Notes: generated from the letters alone by a model not told the origin. 58,913 nt of DNA from Candidatus Limnocylindrus sp. (GCA_040397175.1 JBBAWM010000006.1:1-58913); one strand, 5' to 3'. Shown: positions 26,057 through 34,881, numbered from the stretch's first letter. Made by a program: numbers and translations.

Positions 26057-27469
26057 ATGTCCATCATCACCGTCACCGGCGCCAATCTTGGCGGATCGCT
26101 GCAAACCCTGCTCATGGCCGACGAGTTGATTCCCGGCTCCGATGTCAGCTATCAGCTTTGCAAAACGATCTACAGCTATCACCCGCTGGGCCGGAAAATG
26201 GTCGATGCGCCCATTGCCATGGCGCAGTCGCAGGCGCGTCAAATCAGCATCCAGAACGCCCCCGAAACCCGCGTGCGCGAGGCGTTTGAAACCGAATGGA
26301 AGCGCGTCCACGCCGACAAATACATTGCCCAACTCGGCAGCATCGCCCGCATTTACGGCGTTGGCTCCATCATCATCGGCGCGGATGGTGTGGACAGCGA
26401 AGCTGAATTGCCGCTCGACCGCCTGGGCGACCTGAAGCTTTATTTTAACATCCTCGACCCGCTGAACACCGCCGGTTCGCTGGTGTTGAACCAAGACCCA
26501 AATTCCCCAGATTTCTTGAAGTCGGCGGCGATCACGGTGACGGGCAAGCCATACCACCGCAGCCGCTCCATCGTGCTGATGAACGAACAGCCGGTGTATA
26601 TTGAATACACCACCAGCGCATTCGGCTACGTTGGCCGTTCCGTGTTCCAGCGTGCGCTATACCCGCTCAAGTCGTTCGTCAGCACAATGGTCACCGACGA
26701 TATGGTGGCGCGCAAGGCGGGGTTGATCATCGCCAAGCTGAAGGCCCCCGGCTCCATCATTGACAACGCCATGCAGCGTATGGCGGGAATCAAGCGCCAA
26801 TTGCTCAAGGACGCGCAGACAAACAACGTCATGTCCATCGACCTGACCGAAAGCGTCGAAAGCCTCAACCTTCAAAACATCGACGGCGCGGGCAATTTCG
26901 CCCGCACCAATATCCTCAAAAACATCGCCACCGCTGCCGACATGCCCGCCAAGCTGTTGGACAACGAAACGATGGTTGCGGGCTTTGGCGAGGGCACCGA
27001 GGACGCCAAGAACATCGCGCGATATATCGACGGCATCCGCGAATGGCTGGAGCCTGCGTATGATTTCTTTGACGCCGTGGTAATGCGTCGCGCTTGGAAT
27101 CCGGACTTCTACGCCACCATCCAGGCCGACTTCCCCGAATATCAAGACGTGTCCTACACCGACGCCTTTTACCGCTGGAAGAACGGCTTTGTGGCCACAT
27201 GGCCAAGCCTGCTCAAAGACCCGGAAGCCGACACCAAAGCCGAGGACGTGCGGCAAAAGGCGATCATCTCCATGATGCAGGTGCTGATGCCGATGATGGA
27301 CCCCGACAACAAGGCGCGGTTGATCGAATGGGCAATCGACAGCAGCGGCGAAAACAAGACCCTGTTTCCGCAGCCCCTGGTGCTGGATTATGAGGCGCTG
27401 GCCCAATACGAACCGCCCCAGCAGGCGGAGGAACCCGGCATGAGCATGCCGAAGCCAGAACACATCTAG
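26057..27469 (+). CDS. Portal protein (DUF1073-like)
   Basis: Position after terL, 470 aa, ARIYG, G.SV, IATAADMP..LL and G.ED..N motifs. Confidence 0.85.
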   Translation: MSIITVTGANLGGSLQTLLMADELIPGSDVSYQLCKTIYSYHPLGRKMVDAPIAMAQSQARQISIQNAPETRVREAFETEWKRVHADKYIAQLGSIARIYGVGSIIIGADGVDSEAELPLDRLGDLKLYFNILDPLNTAGSLVLNQDPNSPDFLKSAAITVTGKPYHRSRSIVLMNEQPVYIEYTTSAFGYVGRSVFQRALYPLKSFVSTMVTDDMVARKAGLIIAKLKAPGSIIDNAMQRMAGIKRQLLKDAQTNNVMSIDLTESVESLNLQNIDGAGNFARTNILKNIATAADMPAKLLDNETMVAGFGEGTEDAKNIARYIDGIREWLEPAYDFFDAVVMRRAWNPDFYATIQADFPEYQDVSYTDAFYRWKNGFVATWPSLLKDPEADTKAEDVRQKAIISMMQVLMPMMDPDNKARLIEWAIDSSGENKTLFPQPLVLDYEALAQYEPPQQAEEPGMSMPKPEHI

Positions 27470-27470
27470 A

Positions 27471-27686
27471 ATGGACGATATTGTCCATCACCTGCGGGAT
27501 GTTGCTGCGCATCGAAAGGCGGCGGACAAGTTGCGCGCCAAGGTGCTGCTGGCGTTGCAGGATTTAGAGGACATTCGGCTGGCATCCTCATACGGCATTG
27601 AACTTGATGACATTGAGACAAAAGCCGCGCAGGTTATCGAAATCATCGCGGAGCTAAGCCAGCGCATTGAGGAAATTGGCCAGTGA
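27471..27686 (+). CDS. Hypothetical helical protein
   Basis: Fills the portal-MuF gap and is coupled to the next gene. Confidence 0.55.
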   Translation: MDDIVHHLRDVAAHRKAADKLRAKVLLALQDLEDIRLASSYGIELDDIETKAAQVIEIIAELSQRIEEIGQ

Positions 27687-29437
27687 ATTTCTACGAGACC
27701 GTCACCGCCGCTGTCCGCGACATCACCGACAACGGCTACGACCCGCTGCGCGTCGATCAATGGATGCTGCTTATCAAGCAGGCGGCGGAACGCTCCCTGA
27801 CGCCTACGGCGGTGATGGAGCGCACCCTGCGCGCATCCCTGTCCGGAATTTACACGCGGTATGTGGACAAGGGCGCGATCCTCAAACTCAACCCGGGCGT
27901 GTCTCGCTTCACCCTGGACCAGATCAAGCCCAAGCTGCGCACTGAACTCGACCGACGCATCATGGCCAGCGCGCAGCTTATCAGGCTCAACCGCGAGGCG
28001 GCGATCCAGAAAACCTTGCAACGCTTTAGCGGCTGGTCAACGTCCATCCCGCAGGGCGGGTCCGATGTGGTGGACAAAAACGAAACCAAGGGCGACATCA
28101 AAAAATCGCTGAAGCAGCTTCCGTTTGAGGAACGCCGCGTGATCATCGACCAGGGCCACAAACTGGTAGCGTCAATTTCCGAAATCATAGCGACGGACGG
28201 CGGCGCTATCGCAGGCGAGTGGCATTCGCATTGGCGCCAAAAAGGCTACAATTACCGCAAGGACCACAAGGAGCGGGATCGGCAAGTTTACGCCATGCGC
28301 GGAAGCTGGGCCATGAAATCTGGCTTGATGAAATGCGGGCCAGCGGGCTACACCGATGAAATCACCCAGCCCGGTGAGGAGGTGTTCTGCTTCCCCGGCG
28401 ATTCAAAAATTCCATTCGTTTATGGTGCAATGAAAGCGTTCCGGCGTTGGTATGCTGGTAAATTGACCGAAATTGTTTGTGCTTCTGGCAAATTGCTGAG
28501 AGGAACACCGAATCACCCAATCCTTACCGACAAAGGCTGGGTTGCTCTCGGCGCGTTGAAGAAAGGCGATTACGTCATCGAGATTGCCAACCAATTGATC
28601 GAGCCGACGGAAGAAAACCAAAACCACGCGATACCCACAATCGCGGAGATATTTGGAACGCTCCAAGAAAACGGGATCACTTACTCGACGAACCAGCGGC
28701 CCACATACTTCCACGGCGATGCCTCGGAAGGCAATGTCGATATTGTAAATGCCGCACGGCCACTGACTTTCGGGTTCAAGCCCAAGGGCATTCAACCTGG
28801 AGAAAATTTCAATCTCTCCATGCCCAAGGATTTTTCCTCGACGAGAAGCACGCGCAATCTTTTGGCCGATGGGCTGGCGCTTGCCGCGCAAAGCCTCATG
28901 AGCAGCGGAAGCCCTGGCGGATCGCTTGTCGCTGGTCATGGCTGCCATGCTGACAATGTTGGCGGCGGAACCGTCCCGCCGTTCAACGCCGCCTTTGATG
29001 AGGCGCTTTTGAACAGTGGTTCTGGAAATTCCCAATCGACAAGCTATGGAAAGCTCGCTTTCTCCGGCCAAGTATGCGGAACAGATAGCGAGATCGTCGG
29101 TTTCAATTCTGTCTCCGTTGCGAATGGCGGGACCAATAGCAATTTGCATTCTGCGCAAGGCGGCGAAAAGGGAGCCTGGACGCCAACCGAAAATCTTGGC
29201 GATAGCTGGCACCGTCTTCCCTTCGTCGCGCAACCGACGGAAATAATCGACATCAAGCGGTCTAGCTTTTCTGGACATGTCTATAACCTTCAAACGGTTG
29301 ACGAGTGGTATGTGGTTGATGGTATCATAGCACACAATTGCCGGTGCTGGTATCGCTACATTTACAGCCCCCGTTATCTGCCCGACGACATGCTGACCGA
29401 AAAGGGCAAGGCGAAGCTGGAGGAATCGAGCAAGTGA
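27683..29437 (+). CDS. Head morphogenesis protein (MuF/SPP1 gp7-like) interrupted by an intein
   Basis: IIDQGHKL, W.SH, R.DH..RD; the PGEEVF|CRC motif is split by a 317-aa insertion. Confidence 0.88.
   Translation: MNFYETVTAAVRDITDNGYDPLRVDQWMLLIKQAAERSLTPTAVMERTLRASLSGIYTRYVDKGAILKLNPGVSRFTLDQIKPKLRTELDRRIMASAQLIRLNREAAIQKTLQRFSGWSTSIPQGGSDVVDKNETKGDIKKSLKQLPFEERRVIIDQGHKLVASISEIIATDGGAIAGEWHSHWRQKGYNYRKDHKERDRQVYAMRGSWAMKSGLMKCGPAGYTDEITQPGEEVFCFPGDSKIPFVYGAMKAFRRWYAGKLTEIVCASGKLLRGTPNHPILTDKGWVALGALKKGDYVIEIANQLIEPTEENQNHAIPTIAEIFGTLQENGITYSTNQRPTYFHGDASEGNVDIVNAARPLTFGFKPKGIQPGENFNLSMPKDFSSTRSTRNLLADGLALAAQSLMSSGSPGGSLVAGHGCHADNVGGGTVPPFNAAFDEALLNSGSGNSQSTSYGKLAFSGQVCGTDSEIVGFNSVSVANGGTNSNLHSAQGGEKGAWTPTENLGDSWHRLPFVAQPTEIIDIKRSSFSGHVYNLQTVDEWYVVDGIIAHNCRCWYRYIYSPRYLPDDMLTEKGKAKLEESSK
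28403..29278 (-). CDS. Antisense-encoded HTH plus Vsr/DUF559-like PD-(D/E)XK endonuclease (putative homing endonuclease)
   Basis: ATG at 29278 with GAAGG RBS; two HTH-like segments; E...L...G...ESQW.CG.YNIDIA...IAVEV.G...RSKYL...GYRVV pattern; entirely inside the intein. Confidence 0.8.
   Translation of the reverse strand: MSRKARPLDVDYFRRLRDEGKTVPAIAKIFGWRPGSLFAALRRMQIAIGPAIRNGDRIETDDLAICSAYLAGESELSIACRLGISRTTVQKRLIKGGVERRDGSAANIVSMAAMTSDKRSARASAAHEALRGKRQPIGQKIARASRRGKILGHGEIEIFSRLNALGLEPESQWPCGIYNIDIAFRGIAVEVCGPLVRRVSDPVFLERSKYLRDCGYRVVLVFFRRLDQLVGNLDDVIAFLQRAESNPAFVGKDWVIRCSSQQFARSTNNFGQFTSIPTPERFHCTINEWNF
29324..29332 (-). promoter_or_regulatory. Extended -10 promoter for the antisense endonuclease
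   Basis: Minus strand TG-C-TATGAT, about 45 nt upstream of ATG 29278, inside the intein block G codons. Confidence 0.55.
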
Positions 29438-29724
29438 AAACCATAGCCGACGCCGTTGACCGCATTCAGCAAACCCTGGCCCGCCAGGACAGCGAAGCGA
29501 AGCCGCTGAAGTCAAAAGCGGGCGGGCTGACGGAAGCTGGGCGCAAAGCGTATCACAAAGAGACCGGCGGCACGCTGCGTCCGCCCGTGAAAGACCCTAA
29601 AAACCGCAGGCACAAATCGTTCTGCGCCCGCATGAAGGGTATGAAAAAAAAGAATACCGGCAGCGAAGCTGCGCACGATCCGGACAGCCGCATTAACAAG
29701 TCTCTCCGCCGCTGGGGTTGCTGA
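29434..29724 (+). CDS. Basic head-associated protein (DUF6321-like)
   Basis: GGLT.AGR..Y..ETG..L.PP, R.KSFCARM.G and RINKSLR.W.C pattern; GTG start with GGAGG RBS. Confidence 0.7.
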   Translation: MKTIADAVDRIQQTLARQDSEAKPLKSKAGGLTEAGRKAYHKETGGTLRPPVKDPKNRRHKSFCARMKGMKKKNTGSEAAHDPDSRINKSLRRWGC

Positions 29725-29726
29725 CC

Positions 29727-30728
29727 ATGAAAACTATTGTTGATGCCTTAAACCGAATGAGCCAAACCCTGGCGCGCGTGAATGATGACGTGTATCGCGC
29801 GGACAAGGAATTTAAAGAAGAGGACCATCCTCGCGCGGAAGATGGAAAATTTGGGTCAAAGTCTGGGGCCAAATTGGGATCAAAGCGCGGCCCGATGTCG
29901 AAAACCAAAACCTTAGAAGGCGGGAAGCGAACGCAAGCCAATGGCCAACCGCTGCCCGATTACATTGAACGCCTGAAAATTCCGCCCGCGTGGACGGACG
30001 TAAAATTCAGCGCCGATCCCAATTCAGACCTGCTTGCCACAGGCAAAGACAGCAAAGGACGCCCGCAGGCGATCTATTCCGAAGCGTTTACCAAAACTCA
30101 GGCGGAAGCGAAATTCGCGCGCATTCACGAACTTATTTCCAAGTTTGAAGAAATCGTCGCGCAAAACAACAAAGCGCGGAAAAGCGAAAACGCTCGCACG
30201 CGCGACTCTGCCGACTGCTTGGACCTGATTGCAAAAATGGGTTTGCGCCCCGGATCGGATGACGATACCGGCGCGAAGGTGAAAGCCTATGGCGCGACCA
30301 CGCTTGAAGGACGGCACGTTGTCAAAACGCCCGACGGCGTAAGGCTGCAATTCACGGGCAAGAAAGGCGTCAATTTGGATTTGCCCGTGACCGATTCCGC
30401 CTTGGCCAAAATGCTGCTTGATCGCGCCAAATCCTCCGGCGCAGATGGAAAGCTGTTTCCGGCGACATCCGATAAGGCGCTGCTGGATCATACGCACACG
30501 ATGGACGGCGGCGGGTTCAAAACTAAAGACTTCCGCACGCACGTTGGCACATCCACCGCCGCAGATTTGGTGGCAAAAGAAACGCCGCCGAAGTCCGAAG
30601 CGGAATACAAAAAGAAAGTCATGGAAATCGCTAAGCGCGTTTCAGACCGGCTGGGCAATACGCCGGTCATTGCGCTGCAAAGCTACATCAGCCCAGTTGT
30701 TTTTGCGCAGTGGAGGGCGTCCCTTTGA
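29727..30728 (+). CDS. DNA topoisomerase IB (bacterial/poxviral type) with N-terminal HPR..DGKF leader
   Basis: IPPAWTDV, G.DSKGR.Q.IY, GLRPG, YGATTL, F.GKKG, KDFRT and LGNTP....SYI with the catalytic Tyr. Confidence 0.92.
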   Translation: MKTIVDALNRMSQTLARVNDDVYRADKEFKEEDHPRAEDGKFGSKSGAKLGSKRGPMSKTKTLEGGKRTQANGQPLPDYIERLKIPPAWTDVKFSADPNSDLLATGKDSKGRPQAIYSEAFTKTQAEAKFARIHELISKFEEIVAQNNKARKSENARTRDSADCLDLIAKMGLRPGSDDDTGAKVKAYGATTLEGRHVVKTPDGVRLQFTGKKGVNLDLPVTDSALAKMLLDRAKSSGADGKLFPATSDKALLDHTHTMDGGGFKTKDFRTHVGTSTAADLVAKETPPKSEAEYKKKVMEIAKRVSDRLGNTPVIALQSYISPVVFAQWRASL

Positions 30729-31000
30729 GCAACATTCCCACGGCCCATTTCGGAACCGCCGCTAAAGATGCAGTCAATTGGCGGAAAGAAACGGACGAAG
30801 ACCCGGATGATACCGAGCTTGCAGTGACGCCTCCCGATGTCGTCAAAATGCTTGGCTTTGATCCTGCCAAAGAGAAAAATAAAAAATCCACTTTTGTCGA
30901 TGTGGATAAAACCATTGCGCGCATGAACTTGACCGCCCATAATGATAGCGGCTCCGCGCCTTCCGGCGCGGACAAAAGCGCGACCAAAGGCAGCAAGTGA
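30725..31000 (+). CDS. Small acidic protein coupled to topoisomerase IB
   Basis: TTG start overlapping the TopIB stop; DEDPDD.EL..TPPDVV.MLGFDP motif. Confidence 0.65.
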   Translation: MSNIPTAHFGTAAKDAVNWRKETDEDPDDTELAVTPPDVVKMLGFDPAKEKNKKSTFVDVDKTIARMNLTAHNDSGSAPSGADKSATKGSK

Positions 31001-32835
31001 TCAAAGCCGCTGGCATCATGTTTCTGAACGACGCAGGTGAGGTGCTTCTGCTGAAGCGCGGACCCGGCGGCGATTGGCCCGGTGCATGGTGCTTTCCTGG
31101 CGGCGAACAGAAGGGCGACGAGACGCCCGAACAAACAGCGGTGCGCGAGTGCGAGGAGGAGCTAGGCTTCTGCCCGCCCGGTCAGCGTCGCGTTTGGACG
31201 CGTCGCATCAGCGACAATCAATTCCCGCCCGGCGAGGAACAACCCGCCGACGTTAACCCCGTGCCGCCGATTGGCGATCCGGTGGATTACACGACGTTCT
31301 TGCAACGCGTCGAAGGCCGCTTCGATCCGCTGCTGAACGGCGAACATACGTCATTCGCTTGGTGCAACGTTGGTTCTCCCCGTACACCGTTGCACCCAGG
31401 CGCCCGCGTCGCCTTGGAAAGACTCAGCATGGATGAGCTTGGGGTGGCGCGGGCAATCATGAAGGGCGATCTGGTCAGCCCGCAGCACTACGAAAACGTG
31501 TGGCTATTCGCAGTACGCATCACCGGCACCGGCACTGCCTATCGCAGCAAGATCGACGAATACGTTTATCGGAAGCCGGAAAACTACCTTAACCAGCACT
31601 TTCTCGACCGCTGCAACGGGCTTCCCGTAATTTGGGAACACCCCAAGGCGGGAAAACTGGACAGCAAAGAATTCATTAATCGCGTCATCGGCACCATCCT
31701 CCTGCCTTACATTCAGGGCGAAGAAGTTTGGGGAATTGCCAAAATTTACGATGACGAAGCCGCCATGCAAATGGCGTCGAAGCAACTCTCGACCTCCCCT
31801 GCCGTTGTTTTCCGTCAAACGGATGGCAATGTGCAGGAAAGGCTTGAGGATGGGTCTAATCTTCTGATAGAAGGCAAGCCCAGTCTATTAGACCACCTTG
31901 CTATTTGCGAAGAGGGTGTATGGGACAAGGGCGGTCCTCCCGCCGGAGTCGAACTGCCCGAAACCATTGAAACAACCTCCGGAGGTAATACTATGGCTGA
32001 AATTGAAAATGAAATGGAAGGCGCCGAGAAGCGTTCTGACGCGGACGGCGGCAACCTCGACAAGCTGCTGATGGGCATCGATGCCCTGTGCAGCCGCATG
32101 GACAAGATGCACGAAGCCCATCAGGAGATGAAGGGCCGATTGGACTCCATGGCGGACCTCAAGGCCGCTCAGATGGCGAAGGCCGCTGACGACGATGACG
32201 ACATGGCCGACAATGTTGAGCTTGAAGTCGAAGAGCCGCAGATGGTTCGCGCTGGCGGCGCTCCGCCTGCCATGATGGCCGACGCTGAAATGCCGGAAGC
32301 TCTCAAGAAGGCTGACGACGACATGAAGGCCGACAGCGCCCGTCGCGCCGCCAACGATGCGCATGTCGCTGCGGAAATTCGCCGTCTTTCCGCTCTGGTC
32401 AATAAAATGCCCAAGAGCATGAGCGACGCGGACTATGCCGCCATGGCCGACTATCAGGCCCGCGCCGACAGCGTTTACAGCGCATTCGGTGAACGCGCTC
32501 CCGCCCCGCTCCAGGGTGAGGCAGCCCCCGCCTATCGCATCCGTCTGGCGAAGGGCATGCAGAGCCACAGCGAAGCCTGGAAGTCGGTGCCGCTGCGCGA
32601 TCTGCCTGAGAACGCGCTGGACATCGCGGAAGCCGCCATCTACGCCGATGCCACCGCCGCCGCTCGCAGCCCGGTTGGTGTTTCGGCTGGCAGCCTCCGC
32701 GCGATCAAGAAGCGTGACGCCGCCGACCGCGTGATCACTGAATTCGTCGGTGAACCCAGCGCATGGATGGGCGAATTCCGGACGGCACCGCGCGCAATTG
32801 CGAAGCCGTTCTTCCGTCGCAACGCTATGCACTAA
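30997..32835 (+). CDS. NUDIX hydrolase fused to DUF2213-like prohead protease and scaffold
   Basis: Nudix box GGEQKGDETPEQTAVRECEEELG; GLPVIWEHP, LSTSP and DHLAIC..G protease-like motifs; acidic/Ala-rich scaffold tail. Confidence 0.85.
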   Translation: MIKAAGIMFLNDAGEVLLLKRGPGGDWPGAWCFPGGEQKGDETPEQTAVRECEEELGFCPPGQRRVWTRRISDNQFPPGEEQPADVNPVPPIGDPVDYTTFLQRVEGRFDPLLNGEHTSFAWCNVGSPRTPLHPGARVALERLSMDELGVARAIMKGDLVSPQHYENVWLFAVRITGTGTAYRSKIDEYVYRKPENYLNQHFLDRCNGLPVIWEHPKAGKLDSKEFINRVIGTILLPYIQGEEVWGIAKIYDDEAAMQMASKQLSTSPAVVFRQTDGNVQERLEDGSNLLIEGKPSLLDHLAICEEGVWDKGGPPAGVELPETIETTSGGNTMAEIENEMEGAEKRSDADGGNLDKLLMGIDALCSRMDKMHEAHQEMKGRLDSMADLKAAQMAKAADDDDDMADNVELEVEEPQMVRAGGAPPAMMADAEMPEALKKADDDMKADSARRAANDAHVAAEIRRLSALVNKMPKSMSDADYAAMADYQARADSVYSAFGERAPAPLQGEAAPAYRIRLAKGMQSHSEAWKSVPLRDLPENALDIAEAAIYADATAAARSPVGVSAGSLRAIKKRDAADRVITEFVGEPSAWMGEFRTAPRAIAKPFFRRNAMH

Positions 32836-32847
32836 GGATAGAGCATC

Positions 32848-33753
32848 ATGGCAAATTCAGTCTCTTTTAACCCGATGCTGACCACCACCAACATTGGTGG
32901 TTTCAGCACTCAGTCCTACGGCCTCGTCCAGGGTGTTGCCATGGATGATCCGGCAGTGCGCTTCGCGCTTGCCGGTGGTTTGCTGGCGACCAACGAAAGC
33001 TACCCGATGTGGGGCGGCGTGGGCGTTTACGCCAACGTCCCGGCCCTGGCTGGCAACAGCACGTCGGTTGGCCCCGAACTTGGCCCTATCGTTGGCCGCG
33101 CCACCACGCTCAGCGCGGGCGCTTCCAAACAGCTTATCGGCTTCAGCACGTTCAATCAGGCGACCGCCTGGGTGTCGTGGCCGCAGAGCAACGTCCCGAC
33201 CGCCGCTGGCGGTATGACGGTGCCCTACTTCCCGATTGGCAGCGGCGCCCGCATCGCCGTGGCTTGCGATCCTTCGCTGGCCGCAAGCCTCGTCGGCAAC
33301 AGCATCGCGCAGGCGGTGTATTGGGACTTGAACGCCCAGTGCCTCGTGGCTTCCGCTTCGGCCACCTACGCTGTGACCTCGCTCACTTGGTCTGCCACCA
33401 ACGGCGGTCAGGTTGCGGTTGTGGCCTCCGTGGCAACCCCCGTTGGCGGTGTGGGCGACAGCTTCACGCTCGCTGGCGCGACCAACACCGGCACCGGCTC
33501 GGTCTCCGCCATCAACACGACGCAAACGGTCAACACCTTCACCAACAACCAGAACTTCACGTTCTTGCTGCCGGGTGATGCTTCGGTTTGGGGCACGCTG
33601 GGCGGCACCATTACGATTGTTGAATTGCAGGGCGCCCTGCCGTGCAAGGTTCTCCGCGTTCAGTCTGGCAACAGCAAGACCGTCGTGTGGGATTCGGTGA
33701 ACAACGTCGCCAACTGGAACAACAGCGGCACCGCCGCGCTCATTCAGATTTAA
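32848..33753 (+). CDS. Head decoration/minor capsid protein
   Basis: Lies between protease and capsid; strong codon bias; beta-rich. Confidence 0.65.
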   Translation: MANSVSFNPMLTTTNIGGFSTQSYGLVQGVAMDDPAVRFALAGGLLATNESYPMWGGVGVYANVPALAGNSTSVGPELGPIVGRATTLSAGASKQLIGFSTFNQATAWVSWPQSNVPTAAGGMTVPYFPIGSGARIAVACDPSLAASLVGNSIAQAVYWDLNAQCLVASASATYAVTSLTWSATNGGQVAVVASVATPVGGVGDSFTLAGATNTGTGSVSAINTTQTVNTFTNNQNFTFLLPGDASVWGTLGGTITIVELQGALPCKVLRVQSGNSKTVVWDSVNNVANWNNSGTAALIQI

Positions 33754-33765
33754 GGAGCCGCTGCA

Positions 33766-34788
33766 ATGGCGAATATCACCCCGTCCCGCGTAATGGTTTC
33801 TCCGCACTACATGGTGCCGGAGAAGCTGTTGCAATACAATCAGGCTTCGGGCGCGTTCGACGCCCTGGCCGGTGGCAACCCCCAGGTCCGCCTGGGCGAA
33901 GGCGATCTCTACGTCTATATCGACGCCTTCGACATTCGCACCATTACGGCGGCTGGCCAGAGCGGTTACAACTCGCTCCCCAGCGTCAGCGTCGTGGCGC
34001 GTCAGATCAGCACCCCGACCTACCTCCAGCGGGTCCGTGCTGAATACGACCATCACGACACCGCTGCTATGTCGCAGTGGGGCGTGAGCATCGTTGAGGC
34101 CCAGCGCCTCGGCATGCGTCAGGGCCACTTCCAGCTGATGCGTTCTGCTCTGCTGTATGGCTTCAACGGCGCTCAGGGTGAAGGTCTGCTGAACACCAGC
34201 GGCGCCACCACTGTGAACCTGCCTGCGGATTCCAACGGCAACAACACCGTCGTCACCTACGACAACGGCCAGATGGCGTTCTTCCTGCTCTCGCAGGTGT
34301 CCGCCCTGAAGACCCGCACCATGCAGCTTGGCATCGGCCATCGCATCGTGGTGCTTGGCCCGCAGCGCATCTTGGGCGCCTTTGAGTATCAGGACATTGT
34401 GCAGGTGACGCAATTCCAGCGCGCTGGCGCTGGCACGCTGTCCACTGCCGGTGTGGTCAAGGCCGTCGGTGAGATGAACGAGGATGAAATCCTCTGGTGC
34501 TACGACGACACGCTGATCGGCAAGGGCGCCGGTGGCACCGACGCCGTGTTGATCATTCTGCCGGAAGTTGAAAAGCCCAAGGCGAACAAGATCAACACCA
34601 ACGCCTTTGCTGACCTTTCGCCCGGCCTCGCCGCATGCACGCTTCAGTATTGCGACATGGCGGCACCGCGCGAAATCCCGACCCCGCTTGCGGGCGGCGC
34701 GATTGACGTGCTTTCCGAACTGCGCGTGACCTCCGGTTGGGGTGTGCGTCCGGAAGCCATCGCCATCGTGTCGATGCAATACCAGTAA
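33766..34788 (+). CDS. Major capsid protein
   Basis: 340 aa, strong RBS and codon bias; LLYG...GEGLLN and C-terminal R.TSGW..RPEA pattern of HK97-fold (DUF2184-like) capsids. Confidence 0.82.
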   Translation: MANITPSRVMVSPHYMVPEKLLQYNQASGAFDALAGGNPQVRLGEGDLYVYIDAFDIRTITAAGQSGYNSLPSVSVVARQISTPTYLQRVRAEYDHHDTAAMSQWGVSIVEAQRLGMRQGHFQLMRSALLYGFNGAQGEGLLNTSGATTVNLPADSNGNNTVVTYDNGQMAFFLLSQVSALKTRTMQLGIGHRIVVLGPQRILGAFEYQDIVQVTQFQRAGAGTLSTAGVVKAVGEMNEDEILWCYDDTLIGKGAGGTDAVLIILPEVEKPKANKINTNAFADLSPGLAACTLQYCDMAAPREIPTPLAGGAIDVLSELRVTSGWGVRPEAIAIVSMQYQ

Positions 34789-34797
34789 GCTAGGTTG

Positions 34798-34823
34798 TGG
34801 CGCGGGGCTTCGGCTCCGCGCCA
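34798..34823 (+). terminator. Stable UUCG hairpin after the capsid gene
   Basis: TGGCGCGGGGC-TTCG-GCTCCGCGCCA; there is no U-tract, so it may stabilise the mRNA rather than terminate. Confidence 0.5.
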
Positions 34824-34881
34824 TGACTACCCTGCCGTGCGGCTGGACCCCGCGCGGTTTCCATCGGACCCAGAGGATACC

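Larger units (their letters stand above)
28388..29338 (+). mobile_element. Intein (Hint domain), 317 aa
   Basis: Block A CFPGDS, block B GTPNHPILT, block F VYNLQT, block G IIAHN followed by Cys +1. Confidence 0.92.

Noticed and set aside
26057-27469. Anti-CBASS Acb1 call for the DUF1073-type protein
   Set aside because: Size and position indicate a portal, and no paired HxT/S 2H-phosphoesterase motifs or extra domain are visible.
29727-30728. Tyrosine integrase indicating a temperate lifestyle
   Set aside because: The motifs (IPPAW, GR.Q..Y, KDFRT, LGNTP) are those of TopIB, and no att site or excisionase context is seen.
32857-34824. Long minus-strand ORFs (655 aa here; also 15658-16977, 31888-32832, 54440-56053, 47828-48997)
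   Set aside because: These are antisense shadows of GC3-biased or repetitive genes, with no recognisable motifs or RBS, unlike the intein-nested ORF.
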